A stretch of 64,000 bases of DNA, from positions 86,684,635 through 86,748,634 of the forward strand of contig NC_068984.1 of the NCBI RefSeq assembly GCF_001194135.2. Reading direction: 5' to 3'. The position numbers were made by a program, and so were the translations under genes. Position 1 is the first letter of the stretch; every line of letters starts with the position of its first letter. This DNA comes from Octopus bimaculoides (Eukaryota). The notes below the pieces were generated by a model. That model searched no databases. It was not told the origin of the DNA and saw only the letters and a program-made list of their open reading frames with translations. This document shows, piece after piece, positions 52,022-63,339 of this stretch.

Positions 52022-52236
52022 TTAACATTCAGATTACTCCATTAAGTGTAAAGCTTATTTACTCACATTGTTTTGAATTAACCATGAATTATCTTATAGC
52101 TTTGAGATTTCGATGATGTGTTTGTTCGTATGTTGAATGACATTGTAGGGTAAGTGTGAAATCTGGAACTGGTCAGTTTGAACATGAAAAAAAGGTAGAA
52201 TATTTGGGCTGGATATTGCTGGTTTATATGCTAAAA
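52022..52236 (-). mobile_element. piggyBac-type MITE family 1, decayed, in the UMAD1 intron
   Basis: Internal sequence matches 27108-27324. Confidence 0.7.
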
Positions 52237-53303
52237 TACTTTCAATTGGATGTATTCTATAAAATATTACATGCAATATTAATGTAGATACATATATATG
52301 AAACTGGACAGAGAGGCAATTTCTACAAACTATGTAGATTTTTGTACTTCAGCCTTGACTGAGCAGACCAATATCATGTAGGGATGTAATTGAATGACTG
52401 GGAGTGATCTTCAGATTCATACCTTCTGATACATCATGTCTCTACCTAACTAAGGACTGTATTGCACATTCCAGTATGCAGAGGTTAATTTTACAGGGAA
52501 GGGCAGTATGGGCATGTTACAATTTCTCCACTTGATAGTTTCCTTCTGCAGTCTTGTTGCTTTCGAGTAGTTTCAAATCATCCCTAATCAATCAGTGTCA
52601 TAACAGATAAGGAGAGCTACTCTTGTTGTTCAGCCTTAGGGCTACCTTGATCAAGCAAATCTATCTTCAAAGGTATTCCAACCATGACCATCTTAACTTA
52701 TTTTTAAAATAAAAAAAAACCTACATTGCCCAATGAATCCTTTATTTTCAAAATCCTCTTTTCTATTGGAAGTATACCATAAAACATTACAGGCAACATG
52801 GTTTTAAATTGTGGCACAAGACCAGCATTTTTGAGAGAGGGGTAAGTCAATTACATCAACCCCAGTGCTCAACTGATGCTTATTTCATCAACTCTGAAAG
52901 GATAAAAGGCAAAATCGACCTCAGTGGAATTTGAACTCAGAACATGAAGATGGACGAAATGCCACTAAACATCATGCCTGGTGTGGTAGATGGTTGAGTT
53001 TGAAATGAAGGAGATTTAGCTGGTATTTCTAGCAAAATAGGTGAATATACAGAGGCTCTCTCTGGTGAGCACAAAAGAGGTAGGCATAAAAAGTCAGAAC
53101 ACTATTTTGTCATGTGTATCCCAGAACAATGCCACATTGTGTTTACCTTTTTTAGGATGTGTTCTGGGGTGTGGCAGATATATCAGCACTTTCTGAATAA
53201 CATGCGAATGAAAACTTGCCTTGAATTCTTTTATTAGTGTGGCCTGCCTAATGATGAACCATCTTACACGGACTGCTTCTTGAAAAAAAGTTACTCATAA
53301 CTG

Positions 53304-53564
53304 CAGGTCCAGCACTAAGAAGTGCAGGGGCTCAATTAGAGCATTGTTCATGGGGCCCTCTACTCTGCAAAAGCTAAAGATTGATGATGTTTTATGCTTT
53401 GTGTAGGACATCAGTCCCAGCCAAAAAAAAAAAAAGTGTTGAGAGTTTAAGGCTCCACCATTAGCCACAATAGTATACTAAAAATTCATCTTAGTCTCCT
53501 CTGCTCAAGTATGTATATAGGGGACCCAATTTGAGGAAATCTGATTGGCTTAAAACTGGCCCTG
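53304..53564. mobile_element. hAT (Tip100-like) MITE, old
   Basis: Imperfect TIRs CAGGTCCAGCACTAAG / TTAAAACTGGCCCTG; flanks CATAACTG and CATACCTA (6/8 match, degenerate 8-bp TSD). Confidence 0.55.
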
Positions 53565-53698
53565 CATACCTAAGGAATACTTTCAAGTCTAATGTTCTTA
53601 CACTGAACCCATCATCTGCACAGATTATGGGGAAGACATTGCTTTCTCAAATACAATATAACAAAAGTCTCCAGTAGTTGTAAGCAATATAGACTTAC

Positions 53699-53884
53699 TT
53701 GACCATAGATTGGTGACATGTTAGATACACTTGTGATTCTACCATAAGCTTTAGCTTTTTCTGCTTCTGTTTCTCCAATTAACAGGAATCCATCAGCTTC
53801 ATAGTCAGTCTCTTTCTGTTCATCAGCTATTTCAACTGGATTCACCATCAAACCAGTTTTTATCTTTGCCAGTAAAGAAAACAT
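53699..53884 (-). CDS. UMAD1: UMAD1 first coding exon MFSLLAKIKT...DYEADGFLLIGETE...PIYGQ
   Basis: EADGFLLIGET matches human UMAD1 EADGFVLLGDT. Donor CAA|GTAAGT, phase 0. An acceptor TTATTGTTTCAG|AT lies 2 nt before the ATG, implying an upstream non-coding exon. Confidence 0.9.
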
Positions 53885-53934
53885 ATCTGAAACAATAACA
53901 TGACAATATTTTAGACAAATCTTTCCTTTGCTTT

Positions 53935-54240
53935 TTACCTTTTACTTGTTTCAGTCATTAGACTGTGGCCATGCTGGGGCACTGCATTGAAGAATTTTTA
54001 GTTGAACGAATCAACCCTCAGTACATTTTGTCTTTTTAAGCCTAGTACTTATTCTATCAATCTCTTTTGCTGAACTACTAAGTTACAAGGACATAAACAC
54101 ACCAGCACCAGTTGTCAAGTAATGTGGGAGGAACAAACACAGACACACACATGTATATATATATGACAGACTTCTTTCAGTTTTTATCTACCAAATCGAC
54201 TCACAAGGCTTTGATTGGCCCAAAGCTATTAGTACAATTG
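53935..54240 (-). mobile_element. SINE family A
   Basis: Tail about 50 nt upstream of the UMAD1 acceptor. Confidence 0.8.
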
Positions 54241-55049
54241 CCCAAGCTGAAAAAAAAACTACCAAGATAAAATGCCTGGTTCCCATAACAATTGCAGTCT
54301 ATTCAAGTGTTTATTCAAATACAATTTCATCTTTAAAAAACTAAGAGTTATGCCATTCAAAGGTATCTGCTTACCAACCACATGGTTCCAGGTTCAGTCC
54401 CACTGTATGGCACCTTGGGCAAGTGTCTTCTACTATAGCCTAGGGCCGACCAAAGCCTTGTGAGTGGATTTGGTAGACGGAAACTGGAAGAAGCCCGTCA
54501 TATATGTATATATATATATATCATCATAAATATACAGGGATTAGCATTGAGTTGCTTCTCCAACATACTGAAAATTTAGAAATAGCAGTCAAAGAACTAC
54601 TGATTCTAAACTACAAATTTTTCTCTAAATGGATGGCGATATTTATGGCACACATAGAACAAAAAACCGGAGGGGAAAGCATAAACAAAACAAGTCTTTA
54701 GTTAATCGGATACGATCGTTTCATNNNNNNNNNNNNNNNNNNNNNNNNNNNNNNNNNNNNNNNNNNNNNNNNNNNNNNNNNNNNNNNNNNNNNNNNNNNN
54801 NNNNNNNNNNNNNNNNNNNNNNNNNNNNNNNNNNNNNNNNNNNNNNNNNNNNNNNNNNNNNNNNNNNNNNNNNNNNNNNNNNNNNNNNNNNNNNNNNNNN
54901 NNNNNNNNNNNNNNNNNNNNNNNNNNNNNNNNNNNNNNNNNNNNNNNNNNNNNNNNNNNNNNNNNNNNNNNNNNNNNNNNNNNNNNNNNNNNNNNNNNNN
55001 NNNNNNNTATTAATTCTATTATTAATTGACGATTCCCTGCCCTTATTCT

Positions 55050-55079
<30 letters not shown>

Positions 55080-55090
<11 letters not shown>

Positions 55091-55295
55091 GTGTGTGTTT
55101 GTCCCTCCCAGCATTGCTTGACAACCGATGCTGGTGTGTTTACGTCCCCGTAACTTAGCAGTTCGGCAAAAGAGACCGGTAGAATAAGTACTAGGCTTAC
55201 AAAGAATAAGCTCTGGGATCGATTTGCTCGACTATAAAGGCGGTGCTCCAGCATGGCCGCAGTCAAATGACTGAAACAAGTAAAAGAGTAAAGAG
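55080..55295 (+). mobile_element. SINE family A 3' half, young
   Basis: Close to consensus with CpGs retained. Confidence 0.85.
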
Positions 55296-55479
55296 TATAT
55301 ACACATATAAAACAATTACAGCTGTGTAATTTCAGGTTCCATGTCACTGGGAAAGCATTTTCACTATAGCCTTGAGTTTATCAATGCCTTGTGAGTGGAA
55401 TTGGTAGACAGAAACTGTATAGATGCCTGACATTCATATATGCATGCATGTGTGTGTGTGCATTAATGTTTACAAACTG

Positions 55480-55901
55480 TGTCTTCACATGACATCATGT
55501 GAGTAAAATAATGAAGCTGGTGACACAAACAATATCCAGCCATAAAATACTGTTGAACATTAGAAGCATCAGTTGTGGCGTGCAAGAGAGACGATTGCGC
55601 TGGTATGGACATGTGGTGAGAATGGAGGAGGATAGCTGCGTGAAAAAGTGCCACACCCTAACAGTTGAGGGAACCCGTGGAAGAGGTAGGCCCAGGAAGA
55701 CCTGGGCTGAGGTGGTGAGGCAAGACCTTCGTACATTGGGCCTCACCGAGGCGATGACTACGGACCGAGACCTTTGGAAATGGGCTGTGCGTGAGAAGAC
55801 CCGGCAAGCCAAGTAAGATCGTTGCCAGTGCCCCTGGACTGGTTCTTGTGCGGGTGGCACATGAGATGCACCATTTTGAGCGTGGCCGTTGCCAGTACCG
55901 C
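55480..55901 (+). mobile_element. Young RTE LINE 3' fragment
   Basis: Open ORF end GVQERRLRWYGHVVRMEEDSCVKKCHTLTVEGTRGRGRPRKTWAEVVRQDL...TRQAK*. Confidence 0.92.
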
Positions 55902-56678
55902 NNNNNNNNNNNNNNNNNNNNNNNNNNNNNNNNNNNNNNNNNNNNNNNNNNNNNNNNNNNNNNNNNNNNNNNNNNNNNNNNNNNNNNNNNNNNNNNNNNN
56001 NNNNNNNNNNNNNNNNNNNNNNNNNNNNNNNNNNNNNNNNNNNNNNNNNNNNNNNNNNNNNNNNNNNNNNNNNNNNNNNNNNNNNNNNNNNNNNNNNNNN
56101 NNNNNNNNNNNNNNNNNNNNNNNNNNNNNNNNNNNNNNNNNNNNNNNNNNNNNNNNNNNNNNNNNNNNNNNNNNNNNNNNNNNNNNNNNNNNNNNNNNNN
56201 NNNNNNNNNNNNNNNNNNNNNNNNNNNNNNNNNNNNNNNNNNNNNNNNNNNNNNNNNNNNNNNNNNNNNNNNNNNNNNNNNNNNNNNNNNNNNNNNNNNN
56301 NNNNNNNNNNNNNNNNNNNNNNNNNNNNNNNNNNNNNNNNNNNNNNNNNNNNNNNNNNNNNNNNNNNNNNNNNNNNNNNNNNNNNNNNNNNNNNNNNNNN
56401 NNNNNNNNNNNNNNNNNNNNNNNNNNNNNNNNNNNNNNNNNNNNNNNNNNNNNNNNNNNNNNNNNNNNNNNNNNNNNNNNNNNNNNNNNNNNNNNNNNNN
56501 NNNNNNNNNNNNNNNNNNNNNNNNNNNNNNNNNNNNNNNNNNNNNNNNNNNNNNNNNNNNNNNNNNNNNNNNNNNNNNNNNNNNNNNNNNNNNNNNNNNN
56601 NNNNNNNNNNNNNNNNNNNNNNNNNNNNNNNNNNNNNNNNNNNNNNNNNNNNNNNNNNNNNNNNNNNNNNNNNNNNNC

Positions 56679-56795
56679 TAGTACTTATTCTACTCCACCC
56701 CCTGCTGAACTGCTAAGTTACAGGGATGTAATCAAACCAACACCGGTTGTCAAGCGGTAATAGGGGGAAACAAATATAGACACAAAGACACACAC

Positions 56796-56847
<52 letters not shown>

Positions 56848-56960
56848 GACAGGCTACTTTCAGTTTCTATCTACCAAATCCACTCACAAGGCTTTGGTTG
56901 GCCAAAGACACTTGCCAAAGGTGCCCACAGTGGGACAAAACCTGAAACCATGTGGTAGGG
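56679..56960 (-). mobile_element. SINE family A
   Basis: Body and head in reverse. Confidence 0.75.
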
Positions 56961-58227
56961 ATTGCAGGATTCAAGTGAATCAAAGTACTTGTAAGGACAC
57001 CAAGTTAGGGTTGAGAATAACATATCCATGTATCAACAGTATATATGGACACTGATGCATATATTACTGTATATACGGATTTCTCTTGCCATTTCTATAT
57101 ACATGCACATGAACAGATCAATATATTTATTGATATAACTAAACACGTACTCATAAAATCACACAGACATACTCTGATATGCAGTTTCAATGTCCACAAG
57201 TTCCAGGGAAGGTTCTAGGTATGGTATAAAATAAGTAAGAACACAAATAGGCTGAGGTTCACTGTAGCTCTTTTTAGACACCTTTTTTTATGAACAAATT
57301 AATTACATCATGAATAAAAACCATTTTCTTCAGGTGAATAAAAAATTAAATCCAAAATTTAACATTTAAGATTTGGCTCATAACGAATGTTTTTTTTACT
57401 CCCTCATCTCAGAGAGTGAATTTGAAAATCAAAGCTAGACTTTGATGGGATAATGACTTATAACCTTGTCAACAAACTAGGCTATCAAAATAGCCATTAA
57501 TGGATGGTCATAGGAACAGATAATGAGATGAAATACACTAACACCAGCGCCATTTTCCACACAAATATCATCCAGCCTGAGTCATTTAGTGACAACATAC
57601 AACTCTCAGATACATACAAATACAATTCCCATACACAAGCCATAAAATTATACTAACACAAAAGATAGAAGTAATAGAAATAAACATACATATGTATGTA
57701 TATACACAAATAAATATATTTATACATACGTACTCATACAAGGATAGACAAGCCATTACACATACATTCACAATATAAACTAATATATATCAAGACACAT
57801 ATAGATCAGGAGACAAACAATCATAGATAAATATAAGCCCATATATGGAGCTAACACAATTAGTTTTAATTATGGCTTATACGATCAAAGGGGATGTAAC
57901 TCTAATTTTCTTTTTCTGTTTTTTTATTCACCTATTTTCACTTTTTGCATTAACCTTGTTTTCTCTCATAATTTCTCATGTACCAGAGTACTGATCTTCA
58001 AATAGAACAGACCATGTGCTCAGAGCCTGAGGATTGTTTGGAGACATAAGGTACATTAAGGTTCTTCACAGCTAGAGACTATTAATAGCACCTATCTTTA
58101 TACTGAGTGCATTAGGAATATTTAAAACTCTAATTTCTAGCAACGTAGGTGCTTTGTCACACTTAGTGGTGATTGAACTTTTCCTTTATGGTATCACATT
58201 GCGCCTGGCTGTTTATATTAATTCTCA

Positions 58228-58259
<32 letters not shown>

Positions 58260-58570
58260 NNNNNNNNNNNNNNNNNNNNNNNNNNNNNNNNNNNNNNNNN
58301 NNNNNNNNNNNNNNNNNNNNNNNNNNNNNNNNNNNNNNNNNNNNNNNNNNNNNNNNNNNNNNNNNNNNNNNNNNNNNNNNNNNNNNNNNNNNNNNNNNNN
58401 NNNNNNNNNNNNNNNNNNNNNNNNNNNNNNNNNNNNNNNNNNNNNNNNNNNNNNNNNNNNNNNNNNNNNNNNNNNNNNNNNNNNNNNNNNNNNNNNNNNN
58501 NNNNNNNNNNNNNNNNNNNNNNNNNNNNNNNNNNNNNNNNNNNNNNNNNNNNNNNNNNNNNNNNNNNNNN

Positions 58571-59045
58571 CCATCACTATTTCGCTTGCCCCAATAGGTC
58601 TTCGCAAGCTGAGTTTCGTATCCAATGAAGGAGACAATGTTGGCATGGGTGCCAGTCATCGAATTTAGTTCGATTTCGATTTCACTTGCCTCAACAGGTC
58701 TTTGCAAGCGGAGTTTAGTGTCCAATGAAGGAAAGGTACGTATAAGTGGGATGGCTACACCCCTGGCAGAGGCCTTGGATTTAGATCTCACTTGGCTTGC
58801 CGGGTCTTCTCACGCACAGCATATTTCCAAAGGTCTTGATCAGAAGTCATCTCCTCAGTGAGGCCCAATGTTCGAAGGTCGTGCCTCACCACCTCATCCC
58901 AGGTCTTCCTGGGCCTACCTCTTCCACAGGTTCCCTCCACTGCTAGGGTGTGGCACTTTTTCACACAGCTATCCTTGTCCATTCTCGCCACATGACCATA
59001 CCAACGCAATCGTCACTCTTGCACACCACAATTGACGCTTCTTAG
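58571..59045 (-). mobile_element. Young RTE LINE 3' fragment with 3' UTR
   Basis: RWYGHVARMDKDSCVKKCHTLAVEGTCGRGRPRKTWDEVVRHDL...TRQAK*, then a 3' UTR running into an N gap. Confidence 0.92.
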
Positions 59046-59055
59046 GTTCACACAC

Positions 59056-59282
59056 ACGAGGGGGTCCTGAAAAGTTCCTGGCTTTGGGTAAAAGAAAATA
59101 CAGGAGGATCAGTTAATTATGATTTTATTTAACATATTCCCCACTAAAATTCACACACTAATTGTGGCAATCCTTCAGTTTTTCTAAGCCCTGTAAAAAA
59201 AAAAAAGAACTTGGAAGGTTGGGGCTTCAACCAGGCCTTTCACAATACCTTTAAAGCCAGGAACTCGTCAGCACCTCCTTGT
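59056..59282. mobile_element. Mariner-type MITE
   Basis: About 30-bp imperfect TIRs ACGAGGGGGTCCTGAAAAGTTCCTGGCTTT / AAAGCCAGGAACTCGTCAGCACCTCCTTGT; TA at the right end. Confidence 0.8.
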
Positions 59283-59700
59283 ATGTGTGTGTGCGCGTGC
59301 ATGTATGTAATACACACACACACATATAGATTGAAAGGTGTAGAAAGGAAAGCGTGAACAGTGAGGGAGGAAGGCCAAGACAAAAATGGCTGGTGTGGAA
59401 GGTAGTATGCTATATGAGTTACTTAGGGAGACAGTGGTCAGTTAGTTGGTTCTATAAATAGATTGATACCACATGAAGCTCTATGAGAGAGAGAGGATAT
59501 ACTTACAATATTATCTTTTATAAAACTTAAAACCGGACCATTTCAAGGATATTTCTTTTTCTATGTTATTACATAATGTACAGGCAAACTAGCCAAGTAG
59601 AAAAGTGTTGGCCTATCACTTCAAAGTACAGAGCTCTTTCAAAGTTGATTTGGAGGTAAACAACAACCTGCTAAATATAACAGTACAATATCTCTTAAAT

Positions 59701-59989
59701 CAGGGGTTTTCAAACTGTGGTCCGTGGACCACAGGGGGTCTGCAAGGATAAGACAGGGGTCCGTAGACAGCAAATACTTTTTATGGGCAATTTGATTTTA
59801 TATATGTTTTTTAATCAAAATCTTTTAATTGACAATAAACCTATTTGTTAAATACTGTTAAATAAATAAATGTAAAAATATGTTATTTTAAGCAAATATG
59901 TATAAATTTCATAAGCGTTTATAAGGGGGTCCTAAGGTAAAGCCTGAAATATAAAGGGGTCCGCAAGTCAAAAAGTTTGAAAACCCCTG
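59701..59989. mobile_element. hAT MITE (289 bp) with perfect TIRs and 8-bp TSD
   Basis: 16-bp TIR CAGGGGTTTTCAAACT/AGTTTGAAAACCCCTG; TSD TCTTAAAT at 59693-59700 and 59990-59997. Confidence 0.95.
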
Positions 59990-61341
59990 TCTTAAATGAC
60001 ATCCTACAGTCTATAAAGGGGTAGGACAGATTGAAGAATGATATTCAATAATCGCAAGATAGTCACAGTCTTGGATTAAACAACAAAAACCTCATAATAT
60101 GATAGGATGAATAAAAATTTTCATTTTTTTACACCTACTGGGCTTGTGGCTATAAAGTTCACTTCCAAATCACATGGTTTTGGGTTCAGTCTTACTGTGT
60201 GGCATCTTGAGCAAGTGTCTTCTACTATAGCCCTACACTGATCAAAATCTTGTGATGGTTTAAATAGACAGAAACTGAAAGAAGCCCATCGTGTGTGTAT
60301 GTGCATCCCCCCACCCTTCTTTTGACATCATGCAATATTTGTAAATAAGCACCACGTCCATACAAGCACTGTTATTTGGTTCCAATCTTCTGTGAAAACA
60401 TGTCTGACCTTGGGGAAATATCACCTTGTTTGGAAACAGATGAGGGTCAGTAATAGTTAGGGTATCCAGTCATAGAAAACCTGCCTCAATGAATTATGTT
60501 TGTTCCATGCAAGAATGAAAAAGTGGACGTTAAAACGATAATAATGATGATAAAAATCTGATTAACATTCACTTTAACCCATCATATTTGTGTATATGGA
60601 TAACATTTCTCAAGACTCTCAGGCTTTAGTATATATTTTCTAAAGTCCTTATATTTTAAATGAATTAATATATGGTGTGTGTGTTTATTTGGCAAGAAAA
60701 AAAACGACCATCCCGAAATATAACAATGTTTCAAAGTAAATTTTTACCTGTTTCAATAAACGATTTCACATTAGGAATCTTGCAAAACAAATACATAAAC
60801 GTTTCAGAAAATAGATATTTTAAATTAAATTTTCTACAAATACCTTTCAGATAGCATTTCAGTTTACAATTAACAAAATCGGTAGGTGTGCACACACACA
60901 TACTGACACAAACCAATTTTTTTCTTCACATTAAATTCTGATATAAACGTAATGTAGGTATTCTTTCGTAACTGTCAGCAAAGAAGTCATTTGAAGCATG
61001 TGGTATTGTTATGGTAATGTAAACTATCTGAAAGGCATTTGTAGAAAAGTTCATTAAAAAATACCCTTATTTATGAAAGTCACGAGGAAAGTTGTGCGAA
61101 TTATCTGAAACTCCTCCCACCTCATCCGAAAGCTTTTCCACCACAGATTCCGATATAATTGGTGTCTACACGAGTATGCATTGGGCACAATTGTGTAGGT
61201 ATGCCAGATATTGGCTATTTCGATTCATGACAGACGGCTTGTTTGTTTACAAACATCGTGACACATGACAACGTGGTTCACGAACCTTAAAGATAGTTGT
61301 GTTGTAGTAAACAATAACATCGTTAGTTACCAACCACTCAC

Positions 61342-61385
61342 AGGTTCATTCTATTTCTGATGGCGAGTGACAAAGGAAGTAACTT
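61342..61385 (-). promoter_or_regulatory. Candidate UMAD1 TSS and short non-coding first exon
   Basis: ACTTCC (ETS-like), then TTTGTCACTCGCCAT...GAACCT|GTGAGT strong donor at 61341. CpG-retaining region; a downstream acceptor at 53887 needs a partner donor. Confidence 0.4.
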
Positions 61386-62479
61386 TTTATAAATTAAAAT
61401 ATACAGTTCAATTTTTCTTTTAAATTATCAATGGCAATCTTTTGCCTAATCAATAACAAAAAAATGGGCAACAGAAATAATCCTCAATTACACTGAACAA
61501 GCCGGCCTCAGCGCAGCCTAAAAAGTATCCAGTGTCCACGAAACTGATAAAGTTTGATAAAGTGAAAGCGACACGTTTAATCAATGAGGTCGCCCAGATA
61601 TCGCCACAGTAAAATACACAAGTTCAAAGACCTGCAAAATGGGGTTGAACCCAAAACCACATAATCATTGCTAAGTGAAATTCTTATCCTCAGAGCTATG
61701 CCTGCACAAAATATCGAGAATACATTGACGTAAGAAGATAAAATTACATTCGTCATCAAAATGTTCGATATGACTTTTGCTACCAAAGTAAAACGAGACA
61801 AGACATTTGAATATGCAAAGTAAAACGAGACAAGACATTTGAATATGCAATATTTTGCACACTATGACTGAGAAAAGGCGGGATGATCACAGCTCAAACG
61901 TCTTCGATGACAAATCTTTTCAGGTTATAAGTTTAAATCCTGTTTAAGTCAACATTCCTCAGCTGATAAAATAAAGTATCAGTTAAGATGCATCTCAGAT
62001 GTAAATGAAAATTATAATAGAAGACAGACACAGTCTACTCAGACTAAAACAACAATGATGTGACGTCCTTATAAATGAATTATTTCCAGCAGGTTTTGAC
62101 AATTCTTGGATTTATATTTTAGTTTCTGATATTATTCGTATTCTTTAAAAAGCAACGGTAAGGTATAATGGAGATTTGATTACTATTTCAAATGGGTTGA
62201 ACGGGTATGCAGTTCAACCCATGGAGAAGGAAAAGGGCAGGGAATTAGGGGAAGGTGGGGACAAGAATATATATGTGCTGTTGACATTAAATAACAAGGT
62301 CTTTTCCTCCTACATTTTCGAGAGAGGCCATAAGCCAACAGGTTGGGGATCTGATGACACACCGTAAAGCAAAGCGCTTTACGGACGTGAAACCCAAAGT
62401 AATACGGTAAACTACTACCCATGAGTTATCAGAGGATGTGCAGATTAGTTACGGTTCAGTTCAGTCCATTACCACTGAA

Positions 62480-62858
62480 GATTTGGTTATGAGACGCAAG
62501 TTTGTGCAAAAAAACTGCTTTCAGCTAATCAAAAAGACACTTGGGTTTCAGTTTCACAAGATCTTGTGTCAAGAACGATGAAAACTTTTTGAAAACTTTC
62601 CGTAGGCCTCTGAACAGGTATCGCCAAGCTTTTGACAAAATTTGAAGCAGATTCTCTGCTCAACTTTCCCTGTAATGGTGAATATGATGATCACATGCTA
62701 CACACCTTCCTTCCAAGCACTGCTGTAAACAGCGAAAGTGAGCTAGGACATTAAAAACTTAGTGCACATGCACAGCAGAATTCAAGGTCAATCTCTGCCA
62801 AGCATGCTTCAGTTTCATTATAATAGCAACAGTCCGGATACTCATTGATCAGACCACA
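62480..62858 (-). mobile_element. Mariner 5' remnant (TIR, leader and transposase N-terminus)
   Basis: TIR-like GTGGTCTGATCAATGAGTATCCGGACT, then VEQRICFKFCQKLGDTCSEAY (mariner EQR.CIKFC..LG). Confidence 0.8.
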
Positions 62859-62869
62859 TAAATAATAAG

Positions 62870-63250
62870 GTGCAGGAGTGGCTGTGTGGTAAAAAGCTTG
62901 CTTTCCAACCACATGGTTCAGGGTTCAGTCCCACTGTGAGGTACCTTGGGCAAGTGTTTTCTACTAGAGCCTCAAGCCGACCAAAGCCTTGTGAGTAGTT
63001 GAAGTCGACAGAAACTGAAAGAAGCCCATCGTACATATATATATATATGTATTTGTGTGTCTGTGTTTGTCTCCCCACCATCACTTGACGACCAATGTTG
63101 GTGTGTTTACGTTCCCGTAAATAGCAGTTTAGCAAAAGAACCCAATAGAATAAGTACTAAGCTTACAAAGATAAGTCTTGGGGTCAATTTGTTCAACTAA
63201 AGGCAGTGCTCCAGCATGGCCACAGTCAAATGCCAAACAAGTAAAAGTGT
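62870..63250 (+). mobile_element. SINE family A, full length
   Basis: Head GCAGGAGTGGCTGTGTGG through tail AAACAAGTAAAAG. Confidence 0.88.
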
Positions 63251-63339
63251 AATCACATGATACGTTAACTATATATTTACATTTGTATATATATACATAT
63301 GGTTGTTGGTGTGTATGTGTGTTAAAATGAAGGATGGCC

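Noticed and set aside
55791-56760. ORFs of 275-312 aa, and similar ones at 2062-2550, 23174-23635, 54629-55347 and 58154-58791
   Set aside because: They are open only because they run through N gaps.
61065-61130. Possible minus-strand coding exon MRWEEFQIIRTTFLVTFINK with a G|GTATTT donor
   Set aside because: No homology, and phase 1 does not give an in-frame join to the UMAD1 acceptor (2 nt before the ATG, G+AT=Asp would be in frame but is unsupported). At most an alternative UTR exon.
61360-61392. Plus-strand ATGGCGAGTGACAAAGGA as the start of a divergent gene such as RPA3
   Set aside because: It stops after 10 codons with only a weak donor. No RPA3- or MIOS-like coding sequence was recognisable in 54-64 kb; such a gene may lie beyond the window.
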